The translations under genes and the position numbers were made by a program. 24,280 bases of DNA from Ginkgo biloba (lineage: Eukaryota > Plantae > Ginkgophyta), in NCBI GenBank assembly GCA_024626585.2, contig JANKJI020000004.1, positions 63,393,472 to 63,417,751 of the forward strand, written 5' to 3'. This document shows, in pieces, positions 13,870 to 21,125 of this stretch (position 1 is the first letter of the stretch; every line of letters begins with the position of its first letter). Under the pieces are notes generated by a model that saw only the letters and a list, made by a program, of their open reading frames with translations, was not told the DNA's origin and made no database searches.

Positions 13870-14503
13870 CCTTTAGGTAGGAATTTATTGGTCTAAATAA
13901 TAATGATTTCAATTGAGTTGCCTAAAAATGAGCCTTTATTATGTAGATAATAATCTTGACCAAATTTATGATGATAAATTGTCCAATTGGCAATAAATTA
14001 TATTCAAATAACTTGTCTATGACCTTAACTCCAACACTGGTTATATATCCCTCAAAAGTAATTATTANNNNNNNNNNNNNNNNNNNNNNNNNNNNNNNNN
14101 NNNNNNNNNNNAAATTTTATCAACTATCATAAGCCTTTCAAATGTTGAAACTATGGCCACAACTTGATAACCCAAGCTACTAAAAGGTACTCTATGATAT
14201 AAATAATAATGTTGATTCCTCATCTACAAAGCATTGCATAATATTTTGACCAAGATTTTTTTTTTTATGAAAAAGGAGTCGATGATCATAGGCATGGTTG
14301 AACATTTGATATGTAAAATATAATAAAAAAATATCTTGTAGGATCAATAGTTCATAATGCTAAAATCAAATGTTCACTCTGTGTAGGAAAATTTTGTATG
14401 ACCTCTAGAATTGGCATAGGTAATGGTGAATGAGATAAATCATCCATACATAAATAATTTATAGCTTCTTTATTATAGAGATTATGTTCCACCCTTTTTT
14501 ATT
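13870..14503 (-). pseudogene. Gag C-terminal end and aspartic protease
   Basis: HNLYNKEAINYLCMDDLSHSPLPMPILEVIQNFPTQ; GQNIMQCFVDEEST (decayed IDEGAS-type catalytic motif); LKAYD; VKVIDKLFEYNLL. Confidence 0.8.
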
Positions 14504-14609
14504 NNNNNNNNNNNNNNNNNNNNNNNNNNNNNNNNNNNNNNNNNNNNNNNNNNNNNNNNNNNNNNNNNNNNNNNNNNNNNNNNNNNNNNNNNNNNNNNNN
14601 NNNTATCTA

Positions 14610-14970
14610 TGGCATATTTTTATGTGTGAATTTTTTTCACGTTAATATCTTTCTCTCTCAATTTAATATAGTGTGTGTGTGAGTAATAATCCCACATTGG
14701 TACCAACCTCGAGAATGGAGTGGTTTATGAATCCCATCACCCACCAAACCCTTTGCCAATGGGGTAACAAGATTAGAGGTGCAATCCATCGATCACACAT
14801 TTGTGGGACTATTCACCCCTATTAACATTAGGTCATAATGTTGTGTGTTGTGTAGTGGCCCTCTTGACTCGGTTGGCTCATTGTGATATAAAAATGTATA
14901 TTGCAAGTCTATTCGTGGCATATTAAAATGTGTGAATTTAATTCACATTAATCTCTCTCTCTCTCTCTCT
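14610..14970. repeat. Unclassified repeat with ~50-bp imperfect direct repeats (14610-14659, 14916-14965), ending in (CT)n
   Basis: TGGCATATT...ATGTGTGAATTT..TTCAC.TTAAT.TCT.TCTCTCTC occurs twice, about 306 bp apart. Confidence 0.65.
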
Positions 14971-15086
14971 ACATTATCCCAGTCCATTTAACTTATATCA
15001 TGAGAATTCCTTCCACATTCCCCTCTTTCACTCCTTTCTCTTGTTTCTTCCTCATACCTTACCCATTTTGGCCAGTGTTCAACTCC

Positions 15087-15779
15087 ATGACCATGAGAAT
15101 TTACTGAAAAATGGTGAGTATGGTGCCTTGAATCTCCAAATGTAGTTGTTCCAAACTTTAACTTACCTGTATATGAGTTCTTTTCCTCTTTTCTTTGCCA
15201 TCCAACAACTATAGTTGGGTCTACTCTTAATACAAGTTGTATATTTCCACTTGATATTTTTGAAAGTTAGCGAGTCTGGGTATTTTCCAAATTGACAGAG
15301 TTGTCTTTTAAAGATATTGATATCCTAACAATTCCTTTTGAATGAAATGATAAGTGCCCAGAAGTTTAAAATCCAAGGAGAGAGCATAATGTTGCACTAG
15401 GAACCACTTCTGTGGAAGAAACTAATAATGTTTAGTGTAACAGCATGGCTGTGGCAACATCACCTCTAGAATCCCTCATTATTACCAAGTTTTCACCAAA
15501 TATGATAGTGTCCTTCTTGGATACATATGACTATACTTTACTAAACATAGCCATCCCTTCCATAATGCCACCACCATTAAACAACTTTTAAAAAGATAAA
15601 TTTGTAAGAAATAACTGAGAATGCTGCACATAGGCTATAAAATTTTCCTCTTTCTCCCACCGTTGTTGCATTCTCTCAAAATCCTTAATTTATTCTATTG
15701 TATTCTGTTTTGGACCCAATTCCAAACTAGACGTTAGGCCTTCCATACTATAGATGTCATAAATTTTCCTCTTGCGCTC
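15087..15779 (-). pseudogene. ATJ13: Processed DnaJ13/OWL1 (DNAJC11-like) fragment, N-proximal segment (end of J-domain to SHG), placed second
   Basis: 231 codons in one frame with 6 stops: ERKRKIYDIYSMEGLTSSLELGPK..GGGIMEGMAMFSKV*S..SLKDNSVNLENTQTR*LS..SGNIQLVL..VGWQRKEEK..GKLKFGTTTFG..HTHHFSVNSHG. This matches recalled plant dnaJ13 ([43 protein letters not shown]). No intron. Confidence 0.92.
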
Positions 15780-16110
15780 AAGGATATGATCCAAAGTCAT
15801 TTTTTACTTCTCTAGATTTTTTTCTTTTCCCCTTTTTATGTCAGTAAGGTTTAATTACACAAACCTTTAGAAAATCATAGAGTGATGATGGAATAATTAA
15901 TTTCCCAATAGCAATAAATGGGTTCAAGGCTCTTGAGAGTAATACAAGAATACTAAATTTCTGATCGCCACGATGGAGTTCAAATCTCAAAAAAAAATTA
16001 TGAATTCCTAGAGTGTGGAGAATTCACATAGTAGTGTAGTTTGATATTATTTTTCCACCTTTGAATTCAAATTCAAGGGAAATAATCCCAATTCTACCTC
16101 CAATTTGACC
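15780..16110 (-). pseudogene. ATJ13: Processed DnaJ13/OWL1 fragment, C-proximal segment, placed first
   Basis: GQIGGRIGIISLEFEFKGGKIISNYTTM*ILHTLGIHNFFLRFELHRGDQKFSILVLLSRALNP..IIPSSLY..IKPY..LEK*KMTLDHIL matches GRIAGRVG..LEIEVGGGRKIS..KFELHRGGQK..LLSRHLNP..IPTSLY..VKPY. There is one +1 slip in an A-run near 15835. Confidence 0.9.
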
Positions 16111-16304
16111 AGCTAACGTCAAGTTACAATTAAGACCTTTGTCGAGAAACATTGAATAAGCTTTCACAAATGTAGTAAAATATGTAATGGAATGCTCCAC
16201 AACAACCATTGACTCAATGAATCCATCTCCACACTCGAAGCACACCATTTTCTTGTAAGTGATGAAGAGATGTTAATAAGTAAAGAGGCACATCAGGAAA
16301 GTCT

Positions 16305-16316
16305 GCTTTGATACTA
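16305..16316 (-). promoter_or_regulatory. Primer-binding site, tRNA-iMet (unit 3)
   Basis: TAGTATCAAAGC vs consensus TGGTATCAGAGC (two G->A changes), abutting the LTR. Confidence 0.85.
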
Positions 16317-16547
16317 TATTGAAATAGGTACTCAAATTGCATTACATGCAAATTTGTACCAAGAACATGTGTAATTCAAAACTGTTCATCATTACAATAT
16401 TAGTGTCATCTATTTATACACTATGGGGATTAATTGCTTTATAAATACTAACATTTATAATTACTTCATGTGATCACATGATGGCTAATGTTATTTTTCT
16501 AACATGTGATGACTAATATGTGACCATTAACAACATTATTTCTAACA
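16317..16547 (-). repeat. Short LTR type A (231 bp), internal and shared between units 2 and 3
   Basis: TGTTAGAAAT...ATTTCAATA termini, an internal TATAAATA, a PPT on one side and a PBS on the other; homologous to 20146-20328. Confidence 0.9.
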
Positions 16548-16558
16548 CCCTCCCTTAA
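16548..16558 (-). promoter_or_regulatory. Polypurine tract (TTAAGGGAGGG), copia-style
   Basis: Immediately precedes the TG of LTR A. Confidence 0.88.
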
Positions 16559-16649
16559 TGTTGGTTGGGGGTCACATGAAAAATGAGGTGTTGGTATTGA
16601 CTCTACAAGACTTTATTTCTTCCCATTATGATCTCATTATCTTTCATAT

Positions 16650-16856
16650 TTGAAATTTCCAACTTGTGGTCCTTCCAATCTGGTTCTTCTTTTTGGTTTA
16701 GATTTGAAGCCTCCAACTCATAGTCCCTCCAATATGGTTTTATTTTCTCTTTCAGATTTGAAGCCTCCAACTCGTTGTCCCTTCAATTTGCTTCTACTTT
16801 CTCTTCTTTTCTCAATAAAATTCTATTTTTGGAAGTCTCCAACCCATGGTCTCTTC
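16650..16856. repeat. 54-bp tandem repeat x3 plus a degenerate fourth copy, just upstream of the PPT
   Basis: Units start TTGAA..TCCAACT at 16650, 16704 and 16758, with a related motif near 16830. This explains the 18-aa periodicity of ORF 16650-16943. Confidence 0.88.
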
Positions 16857-17227
16857 TTTAGCAATTATCCTCTCCTCAGAGCATCCAAATCATGGTCCCT
16901 ACAAGGTTTTTCCCTTCCTAAAACATTGCATAGTTTTATCTAAAATAATCTTTTATCCATCAATAAATTGAATTTAATTATAATCAATTCCTCATTTTCC
17001 TCTCCATATCCATCACTGTCTTCCTTAATAAGTTTTTTCTATTACTCAATGTTGTGATCTCTCATTATCCAATTTACTATCCTCCTTAGTTGAATAACAT
17101 TCTCATAGAAAATATATTGAATCTAAACTACATTATATACATGTATAACTTTTCATACTAATATGGGACTAAATCAAACATCTATAGAATAATTTTAAAT
17201 ATGAAATGTAATTATAATTTCTCCCTA

Positions 17228-17601
17228 TGACAATAGTATTTGATGAAAGAGTATCAAGACCTTGATGATATTTCCATTTTTGGACATACCCTCCAATCAT
17301 TATACTCCATGATATAATATTTCACTCGGGTATTTTTTCAAACAGATGGTATGGAACCCATATTTCACATTCTTGACTATATAAAAGAATATGATTTGTG
17401 TCTAGTCTTGATTATGTAACCATGGATCCTCTTGCTGTGTTACAAATTTGTTGAATGGATAAATGCTAGGAGTACACTCATTATAGTTACATAGTTGGAA
17501 ATCATGCCAGCAAGTTACATTCAATGAAAGAGAATCAATACCTCAACCTAAAAATCATTCTAGTCTATGATATTTCTTAAAGATATTTTGTCAAGTAATT
17601 A
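17228..17601 (-). pseudogene. PLS-class pentatricopeptide repeat (PPR) gene fragment
   Basis: LLDKISLRNIID*N; EVLILFH*M*LAGMISNYVTIMSVL..L*HSKRIHGYIIK; HLFEK; NIISWSIMIGGYVQ/NGNIIKVLILFHQ. Confidence 0.88.
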
Positions 17602-17604
17602 TAG

Positions 17605-18700
17605 TTGATAGTATAAATATGATTGGCCTTTCCACTTGATAGAAAACTCGATTTCATTCCAATCTATCTCATCATCTGATGAGGTACTTAATACAGGTGG
17701 CCCAGGTTGTTTATCATCTGCAAGTGCATTTTGATCAATTCCCTTAGGTTGATGCCATATTACTCTCTCAATTATATCAACATCATATTCATTAAACTCT
17801 TCTATGGAAATTTTAACTTGTTTATTGGCCTGTTCTTCCTCTTCATCTTCACTCTATTCACTTTTAACATACAAAATTTTATGAATCGATCTACTTGACT
17901 TTTGTAACTCTATTGAATGTACATCCTTATTCCTCAACATGGGATGTTAACCCTATCCCTTCCTATGAAGTGATAAGACCTTCCTTGATGAATGATTAAA
18001 ATATTTATCACTATCTTCATTTGTATCTTACGTAGAATATTTCTCATTCTCTAATATTATCCTTCCCCTTTTGGGGTGCATAGATCTAGTTAAACCTTTT
18101 TCTTCTCTAGCTGACTATGAAGCTCTTATAACTCTGTGGTTACCTCGATAGACAAGTCCTATATACTCTTAATCACCTTCATCCCCATCCTCCTCCTCCA
18201 TATATTCTTCACTAGCATACTGTTCATCCTTGCATGTTTGACGATGACTTCAATTGGCACTATAAAAAATAGGATTGAAATCAACATCATCCAAGCCATC
18301 CTCATATTCATCATCCTATTCATCCTCTTTATGGTAATCATCATCAACAACTTCTAATTTTATAGATTTTGACCTCTTTGGAACATTTTTTTTTTCACCA
18401 ACAACCCTTATTGAAATCCTAGAATTTAAGCCTCTCACCCTATTAGCCTCTCTACCCAATAATGATTCACTCCTGTCTTATCCACCCTACTCATACTAAT
18501 CATCAAATAACATATCTTCCATAGGGAACTCTATTTGGTCTCTCTAGTTTTCTCCAGCATCCTTATGCTCATAGTAGTCCTCTACTTCTAACTAGTTTTC
18601 TCCATCGTGAGTTATATTATCTCCACAACCTTCTTCACCTTGGTAATTAGAATCTATTTTTTTTAAATCTTTCCCAAATTTAGAACTTTTCTCTTATTTA
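17605..18700 (-). pseudogene. CHR5: Processed CHR5 (CHD1-type remodeller) fragment: acidic N-terminus to first chromodomain; may extend to ~18870
   Basis: FPMEDMLFDD*YE*GG*DRSESL (cf. VPADEMLSDEYYEQDGEEQSDSL), EDGLDDVDFNP, SSRSIHKILYVKSE*SED, DIIERVIWHQPKG, DWNEIEFSIKWKGQSYLYYQ (cf. SIEKVLWHQPKG..DWNEMEFLIKWKGQSHLHCQ). No intron is evident over ~1.1 kb. Confidence 0.92.
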
Positions 18701-19058
18701 GCATAATTTTAGTTAAATGGAGAGTGTGTGCCAACATAGATTCCAACACCTTTTTCACCACCTATCTTTTAGCACCCACATTAGCATTCATGTGCATTCA
18801 CCATTTTGCATGTGAATGAAGATTATTATGATAAACTCTCTGCCTTGAAATTGGTCAAATTTCACCTCTTCCTTAGAATTACAACAATAAAAATATCCTC
18901 CAAAGAAATTATTTGATAGAGTTACTCCTTATAAACTAACAATTATATTTTTTATAAGAAGTAATAAAAGTTATATTTTTACATAGCGAGTGATGAATAG
19001 ACACCAAGCAGATACTGAGTAGAAAAGAGACACAATAGGAGGCATAACAAGAAAGCTT

Positions 19059-19070
19059 GCTCTAATACCG
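19059..19070 (-). promoter_or_regulatory. Primer-binding site, tRNA-iMet (unit 2)
   Basis: CGGTATTAGAGC vs TGGTATCAGAGC. Confidence 0.8.
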
Positions 19071-19347
19071 TATAAGAAATTAAGAGATATCATTTATCTC
19101 ATATCTTTTGCATGAGTTATAGCTCTGAAATAATATTCACAACATGAAGAAGACAAAAATATAACACACAAAATAATATTGATATTCTAATATCTTTTAC
19201 AATGTGAATAGCCTCTATATATACTCTATAGAGACTAACTAACTTGCAAGTAACTCAACTACTAATATGTATAATATCTTATTTGATCATGTGACAACTA
19301 ATACGACATCCAATATATGACTTAATATGATGACTAGTGTGTGAACA
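19071..19347 (-). repeat. LTR type B (distinct from type A, truncated by the gap)
   Basis: Abuts the PBS, contains a TATA-like GAGTATATATAGAGGC, and shows only patchy similarity to LTR A (CATGTGA..ACTAATA, TGATGACTA.TGTGTGA). Confidence 0.65.
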
Positions 19348-19447
19348 NNNNNNNNNNNNNNNNNNNNNNNNNNNNNNNNNNNNNNNNNNNNNNNNNNNNN
19401 NNNNNNNNNNNNNNNNNNNNNNNNNNNNNNNNNNNNNNNNNNNNNNN

Positions 19448-19884
19448 AGAAGGTTATCCCTGAGCACGGTATTCCCTGGTATTAATTATGATGCTCATAT
19501 TATCATACAAAAGCTCTAGGGAGGGTGATCTTGCACCCTCTTCATAAGATCACCCTCCTCATCTATCGTCTAATGACAAACCAGACTGCAACAAATGTCC
19601 ATGAGCTTGACATTCATAACTCGAACCTCTAGGTCAAGATCCATAGCCCTAGTTAACTCTTTCACAAAACCTGGAAGTTGAATTCCTAGAAGCCGTTTTG
19701 GATCATCAGCCCACTGGGTTTTTCTTTTCCTTTTCCTGATAACAGAGCCAACACTCTCTTGGGTTTCACCTTCCCCATCTGTTTGAAAACCCTAGCATGA
19801 GATAAGTTTCTTGTCGCTGCTCGCTTCAGTTGATTTTGTACCTTGATTATTCGCTTGGCTTGACCCCTCTACTTGGTCTTCCAT
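19448..19884 (-). pseudogene. SF1: Splicing factor 1 (SF1/BBP) N-terminal fragment
   Basis: [79 protein letters not shown] matches plant SF1 ([57 protein letters not shown]). Confidence 0.93.
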
Positions 19885-20134
19885 GGTTCTTGATTATCCG
19901 ACGCATTGCTACGCAACCACTAGACTTACCACATAGTAATCGTCGGTTGAGGCAATGACAAGAGGTCCTATTTCGATTGCATGGGTATTTCATATGTGCC
20001 CTCTAACACCAATTTTGATTCCTGGCAGAGAAGCCACACACAAGGGAAACTACGTCTAGAATTTTTCTAGTCTTCCCACACTCAAGGAGCATCATTTCCT
20101 TGTTAGTGATGAAAAGACGCAAAGGCATTATTTT

Positions 20135-20145
20135 ATCTCATACCA
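20135..20145 (-). promoter_or_regulatory. Degenerate PBS, tRNA-iMet (unit 1)
   Basis: TGGTATGAGAT directly after LTR A'. Confidence 0.7.
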
Positions 20146-20328
20146 TATTGACATAGGTACTCAGCTTGCATTACATGCGAATCGTACCAATAACATGTTC
20201 AATCTTAGAATTGTTCATTATTAAATATGAGTGTCTTCCATTTATACACTATGGACATTAACTACTAACATATATAATAACTCCATGTAATGATTAATAT
20301 GTGACCACTAACTACATTATTTCGAATA
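20146..20328 (-). repeat. Short LTR type A' (183 bp), 5'-most LTR of the array
   Basis: Aligns with 16317-16547: ATAGGTACTCA..TTGCATTACATGC..GTACCAA.AACATGT..ATTTATACACTATGG..TAATATGTGACCA.TAAC.ACATTATTTC. Confidence 0.88.
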
Positions 20329-20943
20329 GCATTTCCATATAAAAGAAACACTCTATCCGTATGTTTATTATTAGAGTATAAATACTAAATAAACACCATG
20401 AAAAATTTATGCAGTAGTGATCTAATGTATAATTGTTGTTCATTTTAGGGCTTAAAATACATTGGAAACCATAAAGTTAAGCACCTCCAATGTGGAGAAT
20501 CAAAGAATTAGAACTTTGAATTGGGATGTTTTAGTTCCCATAAAATATGGGATAAATCATTTACACCTATCATATGATAATATTGACATATTTACTACAT
20601 GCAATCATCCATAAAGTGTGTTAAATAAGACTACATCAACACAGGTCTATGTGCAATATAAGATATGTATAGTACTATGCATAACATATATATTCAATAG
20701 ATTGTACATCATATGCTACAAATAATCTAGAGACAGTGCTACACATGTAAAATATGTTGAATTACCATCATATATATTGATTAACCGAATACAATTTTAA
20801 ATGTCTTCGAGTGTTATTTTCCATTTATAGTGTATGAGTTTAAGATAACTATATATAACCTAATGTTATGGAATTAATACTTCATGGATATTTTTTTTCT
20901 TGAAAGCAAGGGCGGGAGTGTTTATATACATATTTTTTTAAGG

Positions 20944-20945
<2 letters not shown>

Positions 20946-20975
<30 letters not shown>
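20946..20975. repeat. (AC)15 microsatellite
   Basis: Read directly. Confidence 0.95.
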
Positions 20976-20977
<2 letters not shown>

Positions 20978-20979
20978 AT

Positions 20980-21125
20980 ATATATAATAGAATTCAAAAT
21001 TTTATTCAATAAAGTTTACGAATGGATGGATGTACACTTTCAATTTTTTAAGATATATAGTATAGATACACACACACACACATACATATACACACTAGTA
21101 CAAACCCATGGAAAATAATTTCCAT
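20980..21125 (-). mobile_element. Helitron-like termini: a 3' end (hairpin 21108-21125, then GGGTTTGTACTAG|T) next to a 5'-like start TCTATACTATATAT at 21066
   Basis: A hairpin lies about 10 nt before CTAG, and a TC-start lies in an AT/CA microsatellite context. No RepHel coding is seen. Confidence 0.45.

Larger units (their letters stand above)
10356..14503 (-). mobile_element. Decayed Ty3/gypsy non-chromovirus (Tat-group, gymnosperm-type) polyprotein: gag end-PR-RT-RNaseH-INT
   Basis: All domains are recognisable in gypsy order on the minus strand despite many stops (see sub-features). Confidence 0.95.
15000..20328 (-). mobile_element. Tandem array of three non-autonomous short-LTR retroelement units carrying captured host coding fragments
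   Basis: Three LTR+PBS(Met) junctions, one PPT+LTR junction, a shared post-PBS leader, and no gag/pol detected inside. The left boundary is approximate. Confidence 0.85.

Noticed and set aside
16045-16125. + strand LRR-like string (FKGNNPNSTSNLTS*RQV)
   Set aside because: It is the antisense reading of the DnaJ13 segment GRIGIISLEFEFKGG, which is supported by ~110 contiguous codons on the minus strand.
16650-16943. CRISPR-like or coding interpretation of the periodic repeat
   Set aside because: The units are contiguous 54-mers without unique spacers in eukaryotic TE context, and the + strand ORF merely reflects the 54-bp period.
18136-18357. Hydrophobic 73-aa and Met-rich 63-aa ORFs
   Set aside because: These are antisense and off-frame readings of the Asp/Glu-rich CHR5 N-terminus.
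15087-19884. Functional host genes (DnaJ13, CHR5, PPR, SF1)
   Set aside because: All are partial, intron-free, contain stops and sit between LTR signals.
21093-21107. CACTAGTACAAACCC as a CACTA terminal repeat
   Set aside because: No matching right TIR was found, and the Helitron hairpin+CTAG reading explains it better.
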